Below, one piece after another: positions 48,980 through 58,741 of a stretch of DNA of 64,000 nucleotides; position 1 is the first letter of the stretch; each line of letters opens with the position of its first letter. Source of the stretch: Paraphysomonas bandaiensis. Lineage: Eukaryota; Protista; Chrysophyceae. The notes below the pieces were generated by a model. It was not told where the DNA came from, searched no databases, and was given only the letters and a program-made list of their open reading frames with translations. The DNA is taken from assembly GCA_965644295.1 (NCBI GenBank), contig CBFFRP010000352.1:124001-188000 (forward strand). Direction: 5' to 3'. A program made the translations under genes and the position numbers.

Positions 48980-51900
48980 CTACAACACCAGACCTCCAGA
49001 CAGAGCACCAATATCCTCTGGACTTCTGAGCCGTCAACTGTACCACCTATGCTACATGAGCACAGAGAGCAACAGGAACAGAGGGAAGTAATTGCAGTCT
49101 CCTTGTCACCGAGAGCTCGACGTCAACTACGACAGATGAACCCCACGGACCGTCGACAACTCAGGCTCCATATGTGCGACATGAGCAGAGTCTACCGCCT
49201 CACCCTCAGACCCTCAGCCCTTCGCACACAACAACATATCCCTAGTGATGGGTACTGCGCATACAGCACACTCTATCATCTGCACATTCTTGCTTCAAGC
49301 AGGCGACACACTCGCTCCTGTCTGAAATTAGACCTCAAACAACGCAAGGACCGTCACACGCTAGCATCTTTCATAAATACATTAGGCACCCAAGCGTTCG
49401 ACATAATGCAACGGGAGTGCATGGCCCATCACACACTTCAGCCACTACGACATAAGTTAGATCACGCACAGGCCGCACTTTTAATACCTACTAAAACAAC
49501 ATACACTACGGAAGACGACATAACTCACTGGCTCTCAGTGCGAGAAGTCCACCTTTTAGCCTCTACTATCAACCCCTGCACGACGTGGGCGCAAAATGGT
49601 AATTACCTCAGCATTGTAGGCATCCCTACTGACAAAGTAGCTTATAACATCGCATGGAAGGTGGACGAACTTAGGGACGCTATTCGTGATAACTACTACC
49701 ATGTCATACTACAAGATGCTCACTACTTCCTCTTAGACCCTGCCGGTCTTTCTACTGCCCTAGACAACGCCCTACTATCTCTTGAAAACACCTTGGCCAC
49801 CAGTATACTCTCAACGGCTGACCCCATCGCTCCACCTACACTCCCCGCGGACTCAATCACGAACAACAATAGGACATCAAAGATGACCAGCACCAGAACA
49901 ACCTCGTCAAGCAGCACCAAGTTAGCACGAACAAATCGACAGATTCTGCAGGCTTCAACCCCTGGAGCACTACCATCGCACAAGAAGATGCAGTTGAAAC
50001 ACGCCCAAACTGCGTTGACAAGTCGATGCCAGCCAACCCGGAAAGCCAAAAAGGTCGTAAATTACGATGAAAGTGACCAACCAACGAACCTTCACAACTC
50101 ACACCCAACCACGACCACACGAACGATCAGACCAACTCCAGCACTAGATACCACCGGCTGGGACAGGGACTGGTCAAGAAAGTTCTACATTGCGTACGCC
50201 GATAACACTGCCAAAGGACTATCCCTTTATGCGAAGAACACATTCCCAGCAGACGTCATCATTGCTGAGTACAAAGGCAAACGCTATCCACTAACAAAGA
50301 TGAGTCAGTCTACAAGGCGTTCTGATTACATAGTTCAAGACAGTACTGGTACCTTCGCAATAGATGGCTTTGACCAAGTCCGACAATGTGTAACATGCGA
50401 AGCTGGGTATATTAATGACCCCCTAGCCACAAATATGGCTAATGTCAAGTTTGTCACGAAAAATAAACGCCTCTATGTCCGTACAATACGTTCCATTGCT
50501 AAGGATGAAGAACTTCTCATCAACTACGGACATCATTATTGGTGTGATCAACGCTGGCCACTTGAGATATTAATCCAAGCCAGGGCTGCGTACGACAGCG
50601 ACATAGGCGGTGCCAATATAGCAGTATGGGACAGACTCCTTGCAGACAAGAGTGGAACTCCTACAGAGACCTCCAGCAGCATCCCCAAGGATCCCTCGGG
50701 AGCAGCCATGGGACTCCGACTCTCCACATGGAACACAAATGGCAATCCGGCATCACACACAGGTAAAGCCCAAGCTATCATCCGACACTTTAAGCGGCAA
50801 AAATTGGACGTGCTCCTATTACAGGATGTCCGTCTAACAGAAACTCAGGCCAACTTCTTCACGCGTATCATCGAAGATGCACTCCAGGGAACAAGAATAT
50901 GCCTCTTCCTCAGCAAGCAGCCAAAACTGACTTCAAGAGACCCACTAATGGGGGGTACAGTAGTCATAATCAGCGAATACTGGAAGCGCCGTCTCGCCTT
51001 CACAAAGGCTGACTTTACGGGACTTGGTTTAGTGAGCCGACTAGAGTTCAAAACGTCGGTGGCGCACACCCTAGTACTAATAAGCGTCTATCTACCCCCG
51101 AAGCCATCCACGCCAGGCACTTGCACATTATGGAGCAAATTGACCAAGCTAGGGAGAGCGTCCCGTGGTATCTGTACTGCTGACCCCTACAAGCTCCTAT
51201 GCAACATCCTTACGAAATGGGTCACTAAAGCCAGAGCCAAGGACCATACTGTCATTGTCGCCGGCGACTTCAATGGCTCCATGGAGACAAATCCTAAAGG
51301 CAGAGACATACGACCACTTGCCGACAAACTCCAACTGGCTGCACCACTCCATGAGCTTCTCCTACCCAGGAAAACATATCATACCTTCCACAGATTAGAC
51401 AAAGGAATATCGCGGATCGATCATATTCTACACACGCCGTTACCTCCGAACATGTCTGTTACGGACACTGGCTGCCTTGACTCCCCCTCATTACTCGCAG
51501 CAGCCTTCGATCATCGACCGGTCTGGGTCGGTTTCACCGTACCAGTCAATCTTGACCCTCGACCACCTGAGTCGCACCTCCGAATCCCCCCCCGTCTCAA
51601 TGTAAACCCGAAGGACTCCAAGGAAGTACAGGCATACACCGCAAGACTCCTCCAACTTCATGCACAACTACCACATTTCGACAACGGATCGACTACCATA
51701 CTCCCTCCTGAGGTGGCAGCCAACAGACTAGCGGCCATCCATCACATAACCCTCCAGGCTTCGCTTGAGGCGAAGCGTCCTGCATGTACACATAGCACAC
51801 GCCTACACGAACGTTGTCAGCGCACACGCTCAAAGTTCAAGAATGGCTTTTCCCCGGAAATGAGAGTAATACAGGAAGGAATGCTCATGGTTTTGCGGAT

Positions 51901-54900
51901 TATCCAAAAGATGTTCAATTCTGCTGGATACAAACGGCATGGATGGCGCGGCCCCCCGGCAACCACCCCCACCCACGAAATCATCACTGCATGGTTCGCC
52001 CGATGGGACTCCTATCTCAGGAGTTCTCAGGGTCACATCAAAGGCATATCGGACATCAACTTCTGGTGCAGCCACCGCAACGCGGACCCACGAGTAATCC
52101 TGGGTTGGAACGAAAAGCAAGCCACCAAGAAAAACCTTCTCCGAATTGCCTTGCGACTGAGAGGACTTCTTCATGGAAGAGCCAGGACAGAAATGCGGAC
52201 TAGACTCACGGCTCGCACCAAGCAGATGGAGGCACTGCTACAGCAGAAAAGACTTCAAGCAATTCTTCAGAAAATTGGTCTCAAGGTCAAAACACCACTC
52301 CGACTTACCACGGTGAAAACAACGGACGGACACATCCTCACAACGCCGCAAGACATTCATGAAGGCATTAATGCGCACTTCCGTGAACATCATGCCAAAC
52401 CTCCTGGACTTGACCCTGTAGCACAACAGCTCCAGGATGACCCTACATGGTGGAAATCACTTCTTGATCCGGGCTCAGCGACATGCCAGGAACCACTCCA
52501 CCCCCGCTCGAAAATTCCTCTTCCCCTGCAACTGGGGTTACGACGGGCCCTTTGTACCAAGACCACTCCGGCCATGGCAGCCACACTCAAATCTACTCTT
52601 GCAAAAGACATCACCCAGGATGAATTCTACTGCACACTTCACTCTCTCTCCTTCAACCGCGCGCCTGGACCCTCAATGGTCTCCTCCAACATGGTCAAAT
52701 CCTGGCCACCGGTAGTTCAGCGAGAGGCTTACATCCTCACCAGATCTCTCTGGAAACATAAACATGTGCCCATTTGGTGGAGAGACAGGGTAATGTCTCC
52801 CATTCTCAAGAAACCAGGAGAATCCTCCCTCACTAATCTCCGACCGATTGGTCTGCTTGAAGTCAGTAGGAAAATATTAACAAGGATAATCACTCATAGA
52901 ATTCTTACCGTATGGGAGGAACAGAAAGTTTTGCATCCGTCCCAGCATGGTTATCGCTGGAGGAACGGGACGGACACAGCGATACTACGGGTACTCGCGG
53001 CTGCAGAAGAAGCAAGACGAAAAGGCGACCAGCATATATGTACACTCTGGGACTTCAAGAAGGCCTTCGACTCAATTGCGCCTAACCTCATGCGTCTCGC
53101 GTGGGCACGACTGGGCGTTCCGGACGATGTAGTTGACTGGTTTGGCAACTTAGATGCCGGCGGTCTAACATTTCCCTGGACACCATTCATGGCAAACAAC
53201 ATAGAGCCACGTTCTCTCCTTGACCTCCTGTCCGCAGACGGCCACTTCATTGCACTATTCAGTCTGGGTTTCGAAGCCGAAAGGGGTATCACCCAAGGGG
53301 GCACAGAATCCACATGCGCCTGGGTGGCACTCTACGACATCCTTCTCACGTGGCTGGACATTGAACTGTCAACAACGAGTCCAACGTTACCAACTATTCA
53401 ACTCACGACTCCGACTACAGGCGAAATAAAGATCTCCTTCGCGGATGATCTTAACACAATAGCTAAATCCATACACGCTGCCCAACTCATTGCCCAACAA
53501 ATATCTGCGTTCTGCGTACTTTCGGGAATGGAACTCTCTATCCCCAAAGTAGTTTGCACAGTGTTTCCGATCCTACAGGATTCCAACAAGTCCTCCGACC
53601 CCATTGGCTACATCATTCTCTACGACTGGTCATGGCGCCCACACCCAGTCCCTATCCAAACATCACTAGAGTCGATACATTACCTCGGAGCAGACCTTCC
53701 TCTCACAATCACAGACAAGGCCTCCCATGACTGGTGTCTAAAATACCTGAAAGTCGTGACCACACACCTAGGGATCAAACAGGCCTCAGCCGGCTGTAAA
53801 GTCATGGTTATCGAGACCCAAATCATACCGACTTTGCTCTATAGAGCCACCAAAGCTTCATGGCCGCTACACTGGTACAGAGAAATTGACGCTGCTTGCG
53901 CAACCCTCTACAGAAAGGCCCTCAGTCTAGGCCCTGGATACCCCACGGAACTAATCTACCTCTCACTCAAGCACAACGGATTAGGTATGAAACGTTTCTC
54001 AGACTCAGCGCAGGAGCAAAAATGGGGATCTCTACAGCGCGCAATAACCCTCGGGGGAGAAGCAGGTCAAGCAGCACATTTTCTACTCACTCAGACAACA
54101 GAGCCACAGCCCCAATACCACCACTATGTTCTCAGCCTCAGGGAATGGGGAACGGAATTGGGCCTTACCCTTCAGGAACCTGAGCCCCCCGAACCACAGG
54201 ATGAACACATGCTGACCAACCTAAAACAAGAACTCGGCCTTAATAGTGTCCAACCAGATACTTTCAAGGCTATCTTCACAGATGGATCATACACAGCCAG
54301 TGCGCTCTCCACTCGTCGCCTCACTCATGTCAATCCGCGAACCCGATGGACACACCGAGGAGGTGCAGCGGTCGTCTACTTACCCCCAGAAAATGCCTGG
54401 GAAGATGGTACAACCACAATACTACGACTAGATACACCCTTTCGTGACGTGCCCGGTTTGGACTCATACGCATATGAACTCATAGGCACAGCCATGGGGC
54501 TTATACTCTCAACACGTATTCCCGAACACATACGAAGCCACACAGACTGTCAGGCAGTGTGCACCCGCACTGAGGAAGCACTCTCCACAAGACGCAGAGC
54601 TCTCGGTCACCGTGCAAAAGGGGTACTACTCGAAAGCATCGCAGCCAGCAGAGATTGCAAACGACAGGTGACCTGGGTGAGGTCTCATCCCGAACGACGT
54701 ACCACAGATGAAACGGAGTGGACGTTTGAGGACAAGGGCATCTATATTGCGGACGCAGTTGCGGGTGAAGACTGGCATGAAGTCGATCGCATCCTTGGAA
54801 AAAATAACTACACTGTCTGCACAATTGCGATTGACAGTGCCATCGAACGCTTACTAACTGCTGGATTATGGCACTGGCGTATGCACAGTACAAGACGGCC

Positions 54901-56243
54901 ATACTACTCTAGCCCACTCCTTACTAATTTCCAGGATCTCTGCGACCTAAGGACACTTGAGAACTACACTTCAACCAGAGATCAACGCTACGGACACAAT
55001 CCTGATCGAGCGCCTGGCTACTGGACCAATAGCGGAGTACACCTCCCGCGCAAACTAGCTCAAGCGGATGGCAGTGCATCCAAAGACAAACTCAGCTCAA
55101 ATCTACGCCAAAGAATACTCAACACGGCACTGACATGGGACAAATCTTTCTGCATAGGGAGGAACCGGGCCAAAACCAAACAGGGGCTTGACCTGACCAA
55201 AGCCGCATGCTCTGACTGCGGGTTTCGACTAGATTCCCTAAAACATATGTGCCTCGACTGCACACATGAATCCATCACCCAAATAAGGGAAACTGCATTT
55301 CAATCGCATAAAAATGTGCTCCACGAAATACAGAGAACTCAGACCTTACCCAACTGGATCACATCTGCACTACGGAGACTCTCCAGCAGAGCCTGGAATC
55401 CCTCCATCCCACAGGTCGAGAGATACTGGACTGGAACCATCACAGCAGCCCAACTGGAAACGGTCTTCGAAGATGCCATACACAACCACCTGACGGCACA
55501 CAGTCTACGGAACCTAGAAACAGCGGTTATTAATCTCCTGCAACCGCTTTACACTGCAGCGAAGCTTATGCTACAGGATCGCGGTTGTCGCTATATCACC
55601 ATGTCCAAAAGGCCGCCCAGACTACTCCCGAGACCCCGTCCGAAACGCAGTCAGTCAAGACAACGTCCGAGAGTCCTTCGACTACTAGGGGTCCAACGAA
55701 GACCCCCCACAGCGTCCCCGACTCCAGACACACGTGCACACCTCACAGGTCCTACCCGACAGAGCACTGGACTGCCCAGACCTCCACAACGCCGACGGCT
55801 TCGACAACTCTATCTACACCCGCGGCCCCACAGGAGCACAGTAACACAGACTACAAACCCAACTCCTCCTCCCAACAATCCCCACCACTCTCAACCCACA
55901 CATCTGGAACTAGGTGCACTCAGGACCCTAATCCAGAACGCTGAGCCCCCTCCAACACCAATGGAGACCCATCCCAAAGGGAGACCCCCAGATCAATAGC
56001 GCCGGTGAGTCCACGGACACACGATAAAGGCGAATTTCATATCACACAAAAGAACGGAAGTGGTTGCACCTTGGTGCTTGCGGCGACGCACAAGCAGCTT
56101 TCGTAGCGTTAAATAGTAGGATAAAAGAGTTTGTATTGATTAGTTACGGGTAGTGGTCTAACTAGTATGACTAGCATTCTTCTAGCCACTAATTGATGCA
56201 AGGTCTCAACGCCTATTGCTAAATAATCAGACATTCACTACTA
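48980..56243 (+). mobile_element. Non-LTR retrotransposon with intact single ORF and 3' UTR ending in ATTCACTACTA
   Basis: C/A-rich composition begins ~48980; ORF 49049-55999; 3' UTR shared with dispersed repeats. 5' boundary and TSD not resolved. Confidence 0.9.
49049..55999 (+). CDS. Retrotransposon polyprotein: OTU-like protease, SET, APE endonuclease, reverse transcriptase, RNase H, CCHC finger
   Basis: IPSDGYCAY..AHY (~49235-49730); SET KGLSLYA/AEYKG/YIND..N/EELLINYGHHYW (~50180-50545); APE STWNTNG/LQD/SVYLP/GDFN/SRIDH/DHRPV (~50714-51530); RT APGP/RPIGLL/QHGY/DFKKAFDS/GITQG/FADD/YLG (~52650-53700); RNase H FTDGS/AYEL/TDC/WVRSH/IADA (~54270-54765); CSDC-x8-H-x4-C (55208-55261). Confidence 0.95.
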   Translation: MLHEHREQQEQREVIAVSLSPRARRQLRQMNPTDRRQLRLHMCDMSRVYRLTLRPSALRTQQHIPSDGYCAYSTLYHLHILASSRRHTRSCLKLDLKQRKDRHTLASFINTLGTQAFDIMQRECMAHHTLQPLRHKLDHAQAALLIPTKTTYTTEDDITHWLSVREVHLLASTINPCTTWAQNGNYLSIVGIPTDKVAYNIAWKVDELRDAIRDNYYHVILQDAHYFLLDPAGLSTALDNALLSLENTLATSILSTADPIAPPTLPADSITNNNRTSKMTSTRTTSSSSTKLARTNRQILQASTPGALPSHKKMQLKHAQTALTSRCQPTRKAKKVVNYDESDQPTNLHNSHPTTTTRTIRPTPALDTTGWDRDWSRKFYIAYADNTAKGLSLYAKNTFPADVIIAEYKGKRYPLTKMSQSTRRSDYIVQDSTGTFAIDGFDQVRQCVTCEAGYINDPLATNMANVKFVTKNKRLYVRTIRSIAKDEELLINYGHHYWCDQRWPLEILIQARAAYDSDIGGANIAVWDRLLADKSGTPTETSSSIPKDPSGAAMGLRLSTWNTNGNPASHTGKAQAIIRHFKRQKLDVLLLQDVRLTETQANFFTRIIEDALQGTRICLFLSKQPKLTSRDPLMGGTVVIISEYWKRRLAFTKADFTGLGLVSRLEFKTSVAHTLVLISVYLPPKPSTPGTCTLWSKLTKLGRASRGICTADPYKLLCNILTKWVTKARAKDHTVIVAGDFNGSMETNPKGRDIRPLADKLQLAAPLHELLLPRKTYHTFHRLDKGISRIDHILHTPLPPNMSVTDTGCLDSPSLLAAAFDHRPVWVGFTVPVNLDPRPPESHLRIPPRLNVNPKDSKEVQAYTARLLQLHAQLPHFDNGSTTILPPEVAANRLAAIHHITLQASLEAKRPACTHSTRLHERCQRTRSKFKNGFSPEMRVIQEGMLMVLRIIQKMFNSAGYKRHGWRGPPATTPTHEIITAWFARWDSYLRSSQGHIKGISDINFWCSHRNADPRVILGWNEKQATKKNLLRIALRLRGLLHGRARTEMRTRLTARTKQMEALLQQKRLQAILQKIGLKVKTPLRLTTVKTTDGHILTTPQDIHEGINAHFREHHAKPPGLDPVAQQLQDDPTWWKSLLDPGSATCQEPLHPRSKIPLPLQLGLRRALCTKTTPAMAATLKSTLAKDITQDEFYCTLHSLSFNRAPGPSMVSSNMVKSWPPVVQREAYILTRSLWKHKHVPIWWRDRVMSPILKKPGESSLTNLRPIGLLEVSRKILTRIITHRILTVWEEQKVLHPSQHGYRWRNGTDTAILRVLAAAEEARRKGDQHICTLWDFKKAFDSIAPNLMRLAWARLGVPDDVVDWFGNLDAGGLTFPWTPFMANNIEPRSLLDLLSADGHFIALFSLGFEAERGITQGGTESTCAWVALYDILLTWLDIELSTTSPTLPTIQLTTPTTGEIKISFADDLNTIAKSIHAAQLIAQQISAFCVLSGMELSIPKVVCTVFPILQDSNKSSDPIGYIILYDWSWRPHPVPIQTSLESIHYLGADLPLTITDKASHDWCLKYLKVVTTHLGIKQASAGCKVMVIETQIIPTLLYRATKASWPLHWYREIDAACATLYRKALSLGPGYPTELIYLSLKHNGLGMKRFSDSAQEQKWGSLQRAITLGGEAGQAAHFLLTQTTEPQPQYHHYVLSLREWGTELGLTLQEPEPPEPQDEHMLTNLKQELGLNSVQPDTFKAIFTDGSYTASALSTRRLTHVNPRTRWTHRGGAAVVYLPPENAWEDGTTTILRLDTPFRDVPGLDSYAYELIGTAMGLILSTRIPEHIRSHTDCQAVCTRTEEALSTRRRALGHRAKGVLLESIAASRDCKRQVTWVRSHPERRTTDETEWTFEDKGIYIADAVAGEDWHEVDRILGKNNYTVCTIAIDSAIERLLTAGLWHWRMHSTRRPYYSSPLLTNFQDLCDLRTLENYTSTRDQRYGHNPDRAPGYWTNSGVHLPRKLAQADGSASKDKLSSNLRQRILNTALTWDKSFCIGRNRAKTKQGLDLTKAACSDCGFRLDSLKHMCLDCTHESITQIRETAFQSHKNVLHEIQRTQTLPNWITSALRRLSSRAWNPSIPQVERYWTGTITAAQLETVFEDAIHNHLTAHSLRNLETAVINLLQPLYTAAKLMLQDRGCRYITMSKRPPRLLPRPRPKRSQSRQRPRVLRLLGVQRRPPTASPTPDTRAHLTGPTRQSTGLPRPPQRRRLRQLYLHPRPHRSTVTQTTNPTPPPNNPHHSQPTHLELGALRTLIQNAEPPPTPMETHPKGRPPDQ

Positions 56244-56254
56244 TAGTCTTACTA

Positions 56255-56732
56255 ACTTGGTTTGTCATATTCTCTGATTGGTGATTCTACAGTCTATGCA
56301 TGCGGCAGCTGTTGTCTGGTCAATCCCGGTTTTGCTTTTGACTCGATTTCTTCCCATTGCATAGAATTTGTTCCAGACGTATACCGTTTCGCGTATGCGG
56401 TCTGGGAAAGAGATGTAGTGTTAGGGGAGTTATGGGTGCGGATTGGATGGAGTTTGTGTGGGAGCCTCGTTCCACTGCGGGTCCAATACTGCGGGTCTCG
56501 CTGCGTTTGTGTAGCGTACGTGCTGTCTCGCCTGAGGATGTATTGATGTAGGTCCCATTGGTGGTTGGGGTCTGTAATATCTCCTAGCTTTGGACCAATG
56601 TCTGTGAGTAAGTTCGCATCGGATCTTCGACGGTGCCATTAACCCGTGGTGAGGAATTCTTCCAGTATGTGCGTTACATCAACTGCAGAGTGCTGTGTCC
56701 CTGGGGGACATTAGTTGGTCCACTTCCCCATA
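56255..56732 (-). mobile_element. Inverted, decayed internal fragment of the same LINE family
   Basis: Minus strand reads ETVYVWNKFYAMGRNRVK..ACIDC, matching ETAYVWDKSYAMGRNRAK..TCTDC of the 8107-9482 copy. Confidence 0.8.
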
Positions 56733-57320
56733 CAGTGGACACGATAACAAGGTAAATAGTGACTAAATTACTTATAACTGATATACTGATGTTTTTAATT
56801 AATGCAGTACTATTGTACAGATGATACTCTATATTCGTTACATATATGATGACAGCGGATACTCCTTATAGGCTGTACGATAACAACTGATTACATTAGT
56901 TATAACTGATGTACTAGTGATGTTAGTTTATATCACTAGTAGCAACTAATATTCATGTTACTTGTAGTAACCAGCTATCGGGTTACTTTATACTATGAGC
57001 TCTCTATTGTATATGCTTTCGCTTGTACATATTCCATGTTTGAATATGTACAATTATTATGAATATCGACTCTATATGAATGAAGATCTACTCAATAATA
57101 TGACTATTATGTGATAGGCTTTCTACACTCTATTCATTACATATATCATCTGCAGACAGTATATCATCATCATCTGCAGACAGTGGACACAATATTAAGG
57201 TAAATAGCTACTAAAATACTTAGAGCTGATGTACTGATGATGTTAATAAATAGCGATTTATATATCACTAGTTGCTAATAAGATTCATGCAACCAGTACC
57301 AAATAAGATTCATGTTACTT
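56732..57320. repeat. Degenerate AT-rich direct repeats inside the DNA transposon
   Basis: ACAGTGGACAC..AAGGTAAATAG..ACTAAA.TACTTA...CTGAT.TACTGATG at ~56732 and ~57180; TATATCACTAGT..CTAATA and ATTCATGTTACTTGT recur; tandem ATCATCTGCAGACAGT. Confidence 0.6.
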
Positions 57321-57377
57321 GTTAAGGTTGTTTTTCTACTCAGTTAAGTAGTAGTCTGTAGTTTACTATGGCACCAA

Positions 57378-57996
57378 CTACTTGTTATAATACGCAAGCA
57401 AATTGCTTTTGTGGCACCTAGTTACAGAGAAATCCATTCTTCTTGCACACACATTTATTACTGTTGCACTTACCCTTGCAACTACAATTACTAAACCCCT
57501 GTCCAAAGGATGGAGAAAACATAGTTGCAGTTTCTCTCTCTGATATAGTCTTCGAATTTCTCCAGTTCTCATAGTTTCCAAGATGACGTTGGTATGAAGC
57601 AGGGGTCTTATTCGGCTCGTGAATCAGATCTGATCGGTTATAACACGAGTTTAAAACTCCCCTGGGAGCGTACAGACGAAGTAATTCATTGGGGGTAACC
57701 TCAACAACAACAGCTGGAAACCTGATTTCATCAACTTGTCCTCGGTCCACCTGATGTGGTTTGACTAAAACAACACTACCCACCTGTAGGAGTTCCGCCT
57801 CATCGGTTGGAGTGCCAGACGTGGAAAATCTTTTCATCCTTTCGCCTTGTTCAGCTAGTGCGGCACTCACTGCTTTACTTTTCGCCCCTCTTGATGGAGT
57901 ATCACCGTGCTCATTTACCAATACTGCAACAGACTCATTCGCTGAAGCCACAACTGTACATTCCTCTGGTTCATGGCCCTCGATAACATTATTCAT
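57378..57996 (-). pseudogene. C-terminal remnant of a KRBA2/SCAND3/GingerRoot-type integrase-like transposase
   Basis: QGERMKR..VGSVVLV..VDRG..GVL..Y.RSDL..IS.RE..GQGFSNCSCKGKCNSNKCVCKKNGFLCN, then a frameshift to RCH; DDE core absent. Confidence 0.75.
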
Positions 57997-58741
57997 AGTT
58001 GAATAATTGAATTTGCGAAAGCATTTTGTGCATTCAGATAGAACAGTCGTTTGTGTTCTTCAATTTTAATGGAATCAGTGATAGATCTAGTGTTGTCGTC
58101 TACTGACGATGCAACTTCTGGTCGTACAGTGCTCCCTGATGAGACAGTTTTAACCACCGATATCATTCCTTCTTGTTTGATACAATGATATATGTAGCAC
58201 TTATATTACTATCATGCTGTTGCATTTAGCGATAATCATCAACTACGATATCTTACGATGGTATGTGGGTGGAATGAAAAAAAACACGGCTGGATAAGCC
58301 ACTTCACTGACGGGTTCACTTTCTTGGTGGGTTTTTGAGTGATAGTCAAAAACTGCCAGTCGATGAACTGGCACTGACTGGCACATTTTTCTCACGGGTC
58401 GTAACATATACACACCTACGTACTGTACTCCTATACATGTAGCCCGTGTGTATATATATAGCGTACCTATATACTATATACAACAAAATATCGTAGAGTA
58501 CAATAGTACAGCAGTACAAGACATCTTCCATGATCCGACACACTGCTGTACGTGTACATATGTGAGTTCTGCATGCATCAACATCCCACACACCATGCTG
58601 CAGTATGCAGTATAGTGTATAGTGCGGTACACTACAACAGTATCCATATGTGCAGATGCAGTGCATGCAGCATATACTCATACAGAGCAGAGTCATATAT
58701 AGAATATACAGCCTCTTCCTATTGAGGAAACACCACATATC

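Larger units (their letters stand above)
48625..58406 (-). mobile_element. Degenerate Ginger/GingerRoot-like DNA transposon hosting nested LINE insertions
   Basis: Right end ..ATTTTTCTCACGGGTCGTAACA|TATA; left end TATA|T(9-nt gap)CGTGAGAAAAAT; both ends carry (TG)CCAGTCGATGAACTGGCA; integrase-associated C-terminal remnant at 57378-57996. Confidence 0.7.

Noticed and set aside
49723-55278. Numerous antisense and alternate-frame ORFs within the LINE
   Set aside because: Expected shadows of a long, compositionally skewed ORF; no motifs.
55262-55999. Restriction-like endonuclease after the CCHC finger (Dualen-type dual nuclease)
   Set aside because: Only a weak RHN-like echo (HHNKLV in the 8.5-kb copy); no PD-(D/E)xK pattern visible. 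Profile search would be needed to exclude it fully.
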